From assembly GCA_002269645.1 (NCBI GenBank), contig NIVC01002183.1, positions 62,001 to 126,000 of the forward strand: DNA of 64,000 bases, read 5' to 3'. Numbering within the stretch: position 1 is the first letter of the stretch; each line of letters opens with the position of its first letter. Position numbers and translations under genes: made by a program. Under the pieces are notes generated by a model, which saw only the letters and a program-made list of their open reading frames with translations, searched no databases and was not told the origin of the DNA. This document shows, in pieces, positions 11,490-21,289 of the stretch. Origin of the DNA: Macrostomum lignano (taxonomy: Eukaryota).

Positions 11490-12335
11490 ATGAACTATAT
11501 TGACATCCAAGGATTTCCTTGCGAAAGAGAAAGCAAAGAATATATTATAAAAGAATTTGCTGTTGTTCAAGTCAGAGCAGGAAGCTTCCGCATCGCTCAC
11601 CACATCTACGCTCCCCCTTATCCATGGGAGAGAGTTTCACCTGAGATGCGGTTCTACTACAAGAGGCTATCAAAGAATTTGCACAAGCTTAAGTGGAACG
11701 ATGGAACCCGTCCGTACATGGATCTAGCAGATGACACTCTGAACATTACCAGTGGTCCTATCTGGACGAATGGAGCGAAGAAGTCGATGTTTTTGACTAA
11801 GTTGCTTGGCAGACAGGTACACAACCTAGAAGATTTGGGAACACCTTCAGTTGAAGAGTCAGACACCGGGTGTGCAGTGCGGAATGCATTGATGTACTAC
11901 AGTTGGCTCAGACCCAAGTTCTGTATCAGCTTAAGAAGCGACCAGTGTCCTTGGCACGAGAGCAGGCACGAGAGCGGGCACAGCAGCATTGGTGAAGAAA
12001 TTTCCGATCATAATGTGTTCAGCTCTAAAAGTGACAAACCTAGTCGGCGGAGTAGACTTGAAACTGGATGGGGGCGAGGGCGCTCAGCTGCCTCTACGGG
12101 AACTGGCTCTCAGCATGGCTCATGTGATCTACCGGCCCGCCTGGCCCCGAGTGCTTATCAAGAGGATGCGGACTCCCAGAGTAACGTTGCTACTCTACCC
12201 TACTGGCCAACTGAGCATCTGTGGTGCCAAGACCCACGCAGACGCCAAAAGGGCTGCCCATCGCTTTGTGGCTATGCTACATCGCAGAGTTTCGACTCAA
12301 CTGCTGCCTCCTCAAGTTATCTGTTTTCGAGTTAA
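11490..12335 (+). CDS. DEDD/DnaQ- or Maelstrom-like nuclease-fold protein; low-complexity C-terminal part overlaps the TBP-like ORF
   Basis: YIDIQGF...YIIKEFAV...HHIYAPPYPW...LHKLKWNDG...CAVRNALMYYSWL. Similarity appears confined to about the first 145 aa (to ~11920). Confidence 0.5.
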   Translation: MNYIDIQGFPCERESKEYIIKEFAVVQVRAGSFRIAHHIYAPPYPWERVSPEMRFYYKRLSKNLHKLKWNDGTRPYMDLADDTLNITSGPIWTNGAKKSMFLTKLLGRQVHNLEDLGTPSVEESDTGCAVRNALMYYSWLRPKFCISLRSDQCPWHESRHESGHSSIGEEISDHNVFSSKSDKPSRRSRLETGWGRGRSAASTGTGSQHGSCDLPARLAPSAYQEDADSQSNVATLPYWPTEHLWCQDPRRRQKGCPSLCGYATSQSFDSTAASSSYLFSS

Positions 12336-12576
12336 GACAATAACTGCGCATGGTCAACTTTCAATAGGCTCTGCATTATCTTTGCTGGACTTGTCAAAGA
12401 AAATTCCAAAAGCTGAATATGAACCTGAGTCTTTTTCTGCGTTAATTTTTGATGTCAGTTGTTGCAAATGTCTTCTATTTCATAGTGGCTCATTTGTATT
12501 AAGTGGTGCTCGGTCAATGGCACAATTGCGAACTGCCTGTATGCGTTTGCGCAAACTAGTTTTCCAGTCTCAGTAA
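12013..12576 (+). CDS. TATA-binding protein (TBP/TRF)-like protein encoded by the Polinton (187 aa, both repeats)
   Basis: KVTNLVGGVDL..LPLRELAL..VIYRP..RMRTPRVTLLLYPTGQLSICGAK..AKRAAHRF aligns with TBP [53 protein letters not shown]. Repeat 2 AEYEPESFSALIF..LLFHSGSFVLSGAR aligns with SSYEPELFPGLIY..LLIFVSGKVVLTGAK. AATAAA at 12578. Confidence 0.9.
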   Translation: MCSALKVTNLVGGVDLKLDGGEGAQLPLRELALSMAHVIYRPAWPRVLIKRMRTPRVTLLLYPTGQLSICGAKTHADAKRAAHRFVAMLHRRVSTQLLPPQVICFRVKTITAHGQLSIGSALSLLDLSKKIPKAEYEPESFSALIFDVSCCKCLLFHSGSFVLSGARSMAQLRTACMRLRKLVFQSQ

Positions 12577-13069
12577 AAATAAACTAAAAAGTCAAATTCT
12601 GTGCATCGGTAAATTTTGCTTGGAATTGAGCATATTGTGCTTGGTTTTTTATTTCACGTTATGAAAATGATAAGAGAAAAAACTGATACAATGAAAACAA
12701 AAATTAAGCAAACAGAAAAACTAGCAATATGAAAACATTATTGTCAAACTGAAAAACATTTAAGCTCATGCAAAAGAAGTTGAAAAAGAAACAGAATTTT
12801 ATTTCACAAGCAAACAAGTTTATTTAAAGAAAAACTACAAACAATCGTCAATAAAAATAAGTACTTCAAATTCAACTGATGGCTAACAAAAGAATGGAGA
12901 ACGAGAACCTACGGTCGTAAGTTTCTCTATTAAAAAAAGCAGACATGAAACTTCATTTGTACGTTTAACCTATCTTTTTACAACATGCAATCAATTCACT
13001 GATACAATCGATAGAATATTGCAAAATTTATTAAAAAGCATAACAGCTATTAAAATTACGAACATCAAT

Positions 13070-15432
13070 TCAACAATCAGTTAGTCTAGCTCGCTTGGGA
13101 CTGCCAATGAAAGGCACTTCGTAGGTCGGCCGCTTAAGAGTCCGTACTTGGGAGTTAGAGGTTCGCAATGCACAGTGACCAAATGGAAGACTTGAATTTG
13201 CGTTTGTCCATGCTCGCTTATCCTCCCAAACTGTCAATGCTCGCTTGGACTGCTCAGTTGTAAAAACACGATGACGCTTGCTGCCGATACGTCGAACTTG
13301 AACTGTTAGCTCTTGGAGAGAATAGAATGCTTCTCGGTAGCTCTGGTGTGTGATTACACTGCGGACGACAGATTTTTGTACACCCTTAGCGACCTTCTTG
13401 TTTATCTGAGGGCAGCTTTCATCTGCAAGCATCGAATAAAGCTTTGGGCGAAGGAGAATCCACTCCTTAAATTTTGCACCAGACGATTCGTCCTTCAGAC
13501 AGCCAAGCCTTGCTTTCAGTTTGTTAGACTTTAGAATGTGACCATCAGGATAGTTGCTTGTGTCTAGCAATCCGGCTTTAATCATTTCTGGTAGCACGTA
13601 ACCTTGAACATCTAGGTTCTCTAAACATAGAAACAGCGAGTCAGTGTCTCCTCCACATAGTTTCAATCTGCTATGAGGAACCTGCTCGAATCGCGACTTA
13701 AGCTCACAGTAAAAGAGGTTATACATGACCAATTTAGAATTGTCTAAGACACACTGCCCGATATAAACAGGCCGGTTAAGCTTGATATTGGTCTTCGATA
13801 GTTGGAATATTGATATTGTTTCATTAACAATTAGGAAGTCTTTCAGCGTAGGCTTGGAACAGAAGATTCTGGCTTGTTCTTCGCTTGTGCAAATTCGAAT
13901 ATCTTTTCTTTTCCGGACATTTTCCATTGTCTTTCCGAACAAAGAGTTATTTTTCAGCTTGTAGTAATTTCGCTCAAAATCACTGGTAGCGGCCGATCGG
14001 CACTCACTATTTTTTCTAATGTAAGGCTCAAATACACGCTCTTGTGAGAAGGCAATCGCCCGATGAATCTTCTTGATCTTCATCCCTTGCTGAAGATAAA
14101 ATTTGAGTATGTTCGAGTGTACTACGTAGCGCTCTTTGTCGTAGCATGTTAGAAGTAGCTTTTGGCAAGGATGATACGGACGGTCTTCATTCAGCTGAAG
14201 TTGGCTCCAGAGTTCTTTCATGAATTCGGGAAATTCGTTGTAATCAACTTTTCCTTTTTCAGGTGCAAATGGTAAGTCTTCTGTCTGTCTATGAAGTTCG
14301 TCTGGATAAAGTAAGTCAAGCTCGACTAGATAGGCGATGGGTGAGTCTTCAGTTAAGGATAAGAATGTTTCAGCAGTCCACTCCTCAATTGTCTGGTTCT
14401 CAACCCATTTGAAACCACTTGTAGGCAAAGGCATTGAGAGCGCAACACCATACAAATTGTTGACATCCAATGGAATTAAAGCAGCACTTTTTGGAGGCTG
14501 ATCAAGAGCAATGAAGTTTTCATCATCATCTACTTTCTCATATGCTTGAGCTTGATGCACATTAGTAAAAGTTATGCCTCCACGAATACCTCGCTCAAAC
14601 ATTCGATACATATCCACATCAGTGAGCAGCTCTAACTTTGCGCCGGTGTTTTTTAGAGCAGAATCAAACGATAGACCTGGTGTAGTTATGTAATGGAGAG
14701 GATCCAAGCCATCGTCTTGCAGACTCAACTTGCGGAAGGACTCAAAGACATCGGCCAATTGGCGAATGTCTAGTTCTAGGTAGCGATTCATGTAATCTCC
14801 AAGGTTCTGGCAATTAAATTGGCACCATGCTCGCTGAGCGCGACTGTAGTCAGCATCACTACACTCCGTCTTTGTCAGTGAGTTGAAGAAACTATTCTGA
14901 TCTGGCAGCGCGGTAGTTTGCAAGTCAGAAGTGCTTTGAATATAGTCGTAAGGGAAAATACCCTTGCTAAGAAGAATTTCCTCAGAGACATTTGGGAACG
15001 CGTTGCGCATTTGCATTGTCACGTTACACTCACTTGCTAGCATGTTTCGCATCAGGTTATCAAGACTACAGTTTAAAAACTGAAGCGAGTCTAAAAATTG
15101 CAGACTAAATGTAACTGGCTTCTGGCGACCCTGAATTTCAACAATGTCTACAACGAATTCGGCTCTTAGAGACAAGTAGCGCTCTATCGACTGAGGAATC
15201 ACGGATATTTTCCAGTGAGTCATTCGCTTTAGAGCTGTAGAAAACAACAAATGACAATCATAGCCTGCTAGGTTATGAAAAAGGATCGGCAAAAAGCGTC
15301 GCTTAAGTTGGGATCGCATGTTACAATCAGGACAAGAAGCCCCCTTGAATTGTCCGGTCAAGTGGTCATGATCCCAGTGCTTCTGAGATGGGTCTGGGAA
15401 AACCGATCCGCAGCGGAAGCAAGTAGTCGACT
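13070..15432 (-). CDS. Protein-primed family B DNA polymerase, N-terminally truncated at the right TIR
   Basis: CFRC..DHDHLTG..CPDCN, FHNLAGYD, FLDSLQFL, KGIFPYDY, RGIRGG, DVNNLYG (motif A), KLKNNSLFGK (B), GDTDSLF (C), LLRPKLY. The frame runs into the TIR without an ATG; the first in-frame ATG is at 15319. Confidence 0.95.
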
Positions 15433-15649
15433 CATCGCCTTTCTGTCCTCCTATCTCCGCACTGTTCGGCAGCGTTCTGCTAACTTTCAGCCGACCCACC
15501 TCCCTCCTTGCGCCGGCCTCACCTCCAACCCGCCACTCTGCCCACCCACCCCAACTCCTTGCACCACCTCACCTCCGCCCATCGCCTTTCTGTCTCCGGA
15601 GTCTCCTATCTCCGCACTGTTCGGCAGGGTTCTGCTAACCCATACTACT
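15433..15649 (-). repeat. Right terminal inverted repeat of the Polinton
   Basis: Reverse complement of 3262-3478. Confidence 0.95.
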
Positions 15650-15831
15650 GGAGAGGACAGCTCTACAAAGTTAGGGAGAGGACAGCTCTACAGAGTTAGG
15701 GAGAGGACAGCTCTATAGAGTTAGGGAGAGGACAGCTCTTAAAGAGATAGGGAGAGGACAGCTCTACAGAGTTAGGGAGAGGACACACACACACACACAC
15801 ACACACAGCTACTCATTCCCTCGCACTCCAG

Positions 15832-18800
15832 CTAGTGGTCGTGTTCATCTTCTTAGCAGCAGTTGTTGCCTACCGTTTACTTGTGTCGGTGCCGCTATTC
15901 CGCAACCCGCTGTTTCACGCCCGAGCCAACCTGCTGGCCAACGCCTCGGCTGCTGTGCTCAACCTGATCATCATCATGTGTCTGGGACAGGTCTACGAGA
16001 AGCTGGCCTACCGCATCACCCAGTGGGGTAAAGATCTTAGAATGATATCATCATATTTTTCTAGGCGAACCTAGGCATAACCCTAATACAAATAAGAATG
16101 CCCATTTGCCTGTACCAGCCGCTGTTACAAGGTGAATTGCTTTCATAAACTCGAAACTTCATATGGTTTCGAGTTTTTAAAGCCTCTCCCCCCTGTTTCC
16201 CCTCTGAACTCTACTTTCTCCTCTCTCCTTTCTCCTCTCTACTTTCTCCTCTCTAAATTCTCGCTTCTCTCGTCTCATTCATTCCCTCACCTCTCCGTCC
16301 CCTCTTCTCTATTCCCTCTCCTGGCTCCCCTCCTCTGGCGCGCAGTCATGCTCTTGGTTCTCCATCGGCCCTTGAGCTAAAATAGTTTGCCGAGCCCTGA
16401 TGTAGACTATATACGCTCGTAAATGACTGTTCTTGGCCTACGAGTGCGCTTCTCATCACGCTGTGTGCACAAATTTGCAGAAATGCACCGGACTCAAACT
16501 GAATTCGAGGACCAGCTGGCGCTGAAAGTGTCCATCTTTCAAATCGTAAACTACTACTCTTCAATAGTGTACATCGCATTTTTCAAAGGCAAATTCATGG
16601 GACTACCCGGTCGCTATCTCACTTTTCTTGGCCTGCGAAACGAAGAGTGCGACAGTGGCGGCTGTTTAATCGAGTTGGCCCAGCAGCTCGGCGTCATCAT
16701 GATTGGCAAGCAGATCATCAACAACTGCCAGGAATTCGTTCTGCCGTGAGTCATGGCTAACTGTTTGTGACTTGCATTCTAGGACAAATGCGAACTACTG
16801 TTCTTATACTACTTACTCACACTTGGTACTGTCTTGAAAGGAGCGGTTTGAAACTAGCGCGGAAAACTTTAGGTTCTCGTAAGTACAAGTAGCTATCCTC
16901 AAATCCTTAGCTTGCTTCAGACCCCCCCCCGATCATTAGCACCGCTACACCGGAGACCCTTAGCACCGCTACACCGGAGATCCTTAGCACCGCTACACCG
17001 GAGATCCTTAGCACCGCTACACCGGAGATCCTTAGCACCGCTACACCGGAGATCCTTAGCACCGCTACACCGGAGATCCTTAGCACCGCTACACCGGAGA
17101 TCCTTAGCACCGCTACACCGGAGATCCTTAGCACCGCTACACCGGAGATCCTTAGCACCGCTACACTGGAGATCCTTAGCACCGCTCGGCCTCCCCCCCC
17201 CCCGATACTTAAAACGAGCCTTTAAAGGAACGCTGTAAGAACCCACATTGTCTGAACTCATTGAAACTGCGGAAAAGATAGAAACACGATACTCGTCAAT
17301 AAATTTTACGTGCATGTGGCTCTGGTTCTTTTAGTGTCGAAAAATTCACAAAAGCAGCAAAAACTGCATACAGGAAGCTGGCCTCGTGGATCCATCGATT
17401 TCGCAGCGGATTAAAGAGCTCAACAGCGGCAGAGATGGACGACAGCAATGAATCCAGCGGCCAGAGATTAACCCGTTGTGAGGCCGACTATCGTCTGGTC
17501 CCGTACGAGGGCCTGTTCGATGAGTACCTGGAGATGGTGCTGCAGTTCGGCTTCATCACCATCTTTGTGGCGGCGTTTCCGCTGGCGCCGCTTTTCGCTC
17601 TGCTGAACAACTGGCTGGAAATTCGATTGGACGCCGGCAAGCTTGTCCGGGACACTCGCCGGCCAGTGTCCGAACGGGCGCAGGGAATCGGGATTTGGTT
17701 CTCGCTGTTGGAGGTGATGGTCAAGCTGTCAGTCATATCCAATGTGAGAGCAAGTCGCAATGCACTTACAGTGTATATCAGTTGTATCTAGCTCGTATGT
17801 AGTAATGTAATGTATCTGTTGTATTGTATCTAGGGGGCTGTAGCCTAGTGGTTAGAGCGTCGGACTCATAACTTGAAGGTTGGGGGGCTCGATTCCTGAT
17901 CCTACTGGAACAATTTATGTCCTTTGAGCAAGACATTTAACTCTATATTGCTTCAGTTCACCCAGCTGTAAAATGGATGTGTGTGGCGACCCCCCCCCCC
18001 AAATCCTACCTTGGACTGCATGAACAGCCGTACGCAGCCTTCAGATGCGCCGCGCAATGGCTGCGGCTGAGCTGGGCTGTAACGCTTTACGTCCCAGATG
18101 TTGCCCCTTTGACAGTATCTGACTGAAAAGCATGCGTTTAAGCAGATAAATAAACCTCCTTGAAGTCTATAGTTAAAGTAAAACCTGTGATCGACAACTT
18201 TTCAATTCACCCACAGGCTTTTCTAATCGCATTCACCTCCGAGTTTCTGCCCAGACAGCTTTACCGCCACGTCGTGGACTCCGAGCTGCGCGGATACGCA
18301 AACTTCAGCTTGGCCTGGGCGCCGCCCAACGCCACCTCGCAGCCTTGCCGCTATCGGGCCTTCCGAGACGCCGATGGCAACTACAGCATGTTCCACTGGC
18401 GCCTCCTGGCTGTGCGGCTGGGCTTTGTCATTTTGTTTGAGGTTGGCTCCAGTTCCAGTTGAAAAAAGGAAGGATACCAGTACAAAAACTTAGGACATCG
18501 CAACGATTTAATTCAAACCAACTGGAGTTTGAAGCGAATTAGAGTGCAAGTGAACTTGTACATCAGCGCCAAAGACTGTTGAAATTCGTCACTTGAAAAA
18601 ACCTAGCTCCCAAATCAATAAATCAACAACTAGTTGCTTAGGGAATTAAATACGTCTGACTCTCGCGCCACGACCATTTGGTTTGATTCCTGAGCGGCCA
18701 CGTTCATTTGGGGCAATTGTGCACGAAAATTGACTGTGGGTTGTCGAGCGAGATTCACATCCATGAGGACCAACCACCCAAGGCACAGAGAGTATACATG

Positions 18801-19475
18801 CTTGACGATTGGAAAGTCAGGGCCGCTGTATTGGCGCGCTTGTATATGCTTAGGAGTCAGTGGAGTGGGCACAATAGCCTCAGAGCAGGTTGTCGGACGA
18901 TATCGCCGAATGTGTTGCGCCCGGGTGACCACAACTCTCTTGCTAATATACACTCGGCAATTATGTTAGTCTCCACTCCGAAGCCAGTGGTCAACAAGTG
19001 GCAGCTTTAATCCAACTCAAGCCATAGCTCTCCACTGTCTCCTCACCAGCCTAAGCCAGGGCCTCTGTGACGCAAATTGTATCACCTATAGTTGAGACGA
19101 GAAACACGGGTGTGGTGTGAATTGCGTTCCTTGGGACTGAGAGATCTGAGAAAAGTTGACCACTGGTTTCGGAGTGGAAACTTTAACATGTTGCCGAATG
19201 TTATTTTAGAACACTTAGGACACGAATAATACATGTACTTGGGCATGTATTATTTAAGATTGTAATAATCAATGTTACGAATTATAAAAGCAACTCTCTG
19301 AAACTTTTCCTTCTCGTAATACCTCCCCAAGCATGTGGTATTCTTCACCAGCCGGCTGCTGGACTTGCTCATACCGGATGTGCCAGAAACTGTGCGCATC
19401 AAGATGCGCAGAGAGCAGTACCTCGGCCGACAGGCTCTAATGGACGCCGAAATCAAGACCAAGAGCGCTAACTAA
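15832..19475 (+). CDS. Anoctamin/TMEM16 gene, 3' exon block (resumes after the Polinton-containing intron 2913-15831)
   Basis: Exons 15832-16027, 16481-16745, 17374-17743, 18217-18441 and 19332-19475 (TAA). Motifs: [101 protein letters not shown] at ~19502. Confidence 0.93.
16925..17185. repeat. 24-bp minisatellite (CCTTAGCACCGCTACACCGGAGAT), intronic
   Basis: About 10 near-identical units. Confidence 0.95.
17833..18150 (+). mobile_element. tRNA-derived SINE with CORE-like central domain, intronic
   Basis: A box TAGCCTAGTGGTT and B box-like GGCTCGATTCC. Then TGTCCTTTGAGCAAGACATTTAACTC...CTTCAGTTCACCCAGCTGTAAAATGG, which resembles the MIR CORE consensus (GTGACCTTGGGCAAGTCACTTAACCTC...CTCAGTTTCCTCATCTGTAAAATGG). 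The 3' end is approximate. Confidence 0.65.
18963..19189. mobile_element. MITE-like element with ~33-bp imperfect TIRs
   Basis: ATGTTAGTCTCCACTCCGAAGCCAGTGGTCAAC (18963-18995) is the near reverse complement of 19155-19189. Confidence 0.55.
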
Positions 19476-19959
19476 CCAACATTCTACGAGGGTTGACAGA
19501 AAATAAAACATTACGAGTCGTAGTTCCATGTACAAGTTTGCCATTGTCTAAAAATGACTCGCACTCCTACAGTTGTGTTAATGACATTTTTATTTTTTGA
19601 TAGTGATTGCTAGAGTTGTTGTCTGTCAACGAGTGTCCATCTGATAGTCATGCAGTATGACCGGTTTTACTTCTATTTTTACAACCAATCTGTAATCCCA
19701 GTTGCGGTGAAGGAAGACTTCAATAACAGAAATTTAAATCTCCATAATCTATTTTTTCTGAGAAGATCGACAAATAGCGCTGTTATTTAGAAGCAAGAAT
19801 TTATTTGGTTTTTTTTAAATTACAACCTGAGGAAAATTAGCGAAATGAAAATGCACTAACTGGAGTACAAAATGCGACATAGTAAAGCCAACTATTTCGA
19901 TTTACGAGTATGCAGTCAGTCACACTCAAACCAGTCAACCACTGCTCGATGAGCTAGTA

Positions 19960-20535
19960 TCACTTTTGGCCTTCTTCTTGCTTTTCTTTTTGGATTTTTT
20001 GTGTTTCTTTGTCTTTTTTTGCTTTTTTTTCTTTCTTTTTGGATTTCTTTTCCACTTTCTGTGGCAAAGTAGTCGACAGTTCAGTCTGAGCCACCTGGTG
20101 AGCATATCGATCTCGATCAGAGTCGCCGTACATCAGCTCAAAGAAAATATGATCGCGGCCATTCTCTGCAGCCGAGGCAGCTTTTGCTCGCCTATGCAAC
20201 TCTCGCATTGTCGCCTGGGCTGCAATCTGGGCTTTGCCTGCGCTTCTGCTTCTGCTCCGGCTTCGATCTCTGTTTCTGCTTCTGTTCGGCATTCGATCTC
20301 TGTTGCTGCTTCTGCTCCGGCTTCGATCTCTGTTGCTGCTTCTGCTCCGGCTTCGATCTCTGTTTCTGCTTCTGCTCCGGCTTCGATCTCTGTTTCTGCT
20401 TCTGCTCCGGCTTCGATCTCTGTTGCTGCTTCTGCTCCGGCTATACCCATTCTCAAACTGACCTCTGTTGCCGGCCTGTGCCGCTTTCTGCCTGGCATGC
20501 TCCCGCCAGCAGTATTCTTCTTCGAGTTTCTGCAA
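19960..20535 (-). CDS. Possible RS-repeat/Lys-rich ORF (191 aa) built around a 30-bp tandem repeat
   Basis: ATG-to-TGA ORF with (SRSRSRNRDR)n and a KKSKKKEKKAKK tail; no recognisable domain. Confidence 0.25.
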   Translation of the reverse strand: MQKLEEEYCWREHARQKAAQAGNRGQFENGYSRSRSSNRDRSRSRSRNRDRSRSRSRNRDRSRSRSSNRDRSRSRSSNRDRMPNRSRNRDRSRSRSRSAGKAQIAAQATMRELHRRAKAASAAENGRDHIFFELMYGDSDRDRYAHQVAQTELSTTLPQKVEKKSKKKEKKAKKDKETQKIQKEKQEEGQK

Positions 20536-21289
20536 TCATGAATTGTAATAAACTGAATGTAAGCCTGACAAAAGAGCACAATCCAAGAGGCAAGACAGCA
20601 TGCAAACACATACTTGGTTGTAAATCTCTGCGTGACGAACAAATCTACCCAATGGCTGGGACATTGTACTGATTGCTGAAAGATGAAAATGTTTTTTATT
20701 TTGAATTTTATATACTATAATTTTTTCGTATAGGACATAACAGAAGTATGTCATAGAATTTAGCAACTATATATGACTAAGTTTTCAACATCCAGAACAT
20801 TTTAAGTCGAAAGTTTTAATCGCTCACGCATAGCTGGAGGGCAGCAAAACCACAGAAGAGAATTGACAGCTTTAGTGCTATCATAGCTCTGAGCGCTGAC
20901 ACCTGCCTTTCCAGCAACGAAGCTGCAGGTAAGGATGTGGCAGTGGCCAATGCGGCCACTTATCACCAGAGTGAGTGACAGCCTGCTCCAGCTGCATAGC
21001 AGTTTGCTAGAGCTGATGCATCCTAGACACTGGCTCCCAAGTGCTAATCAACCAGATTTGTGTGACAATGAGGTCAGTGAAAGGGAAGCCTCGTTATTTG
21101 CTTTGCTAACTAGGAAGCAATAATAAGCAAGGATTGCCTTTCTACCTATCTTTTGCAAGTCAGGCTTGCTTTGAAAATTTGGGAAAACAGCTAGTGATAT
21201 TTTTTCTTGTTGCGTTTTATAGTTATAGTGTATTGATTATTAAATCACAATGCAACTTAACCTGATCACAGTTACACAAGCTTCATCTT

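Larger units (their letters stand above)
3262..15649. mobile_element. Polinton/Maverick (adintovirus-like) element, 12,388 bp
   Basis: Starts AGTAGTATGGG (3262) and ends CCCATACTACT (15649). 6-bp direct repeat GGAGAG at 3256-3261 and 15650-15655. 217-bp inverted repeats. Encodes rve integrase, capsids, protease, ATPase and pPolB. Confidence 0.97.

Noticed and set aside
12013-12576. Host TBP gene or ordinary processed pseudogene
   Set aside because: It lies inside the TIR/TSD-bounded element, is co-oriented and tightly packed with the viral genes, is very divergent from the highly conserved cellular TBP, and is uninterrupted.
17833-17905. tRNA gene
   Set aside because: Degenerate B box, no matching 3' acceptor stem, and it continues into a CORE-like body, so it is a SINE head.
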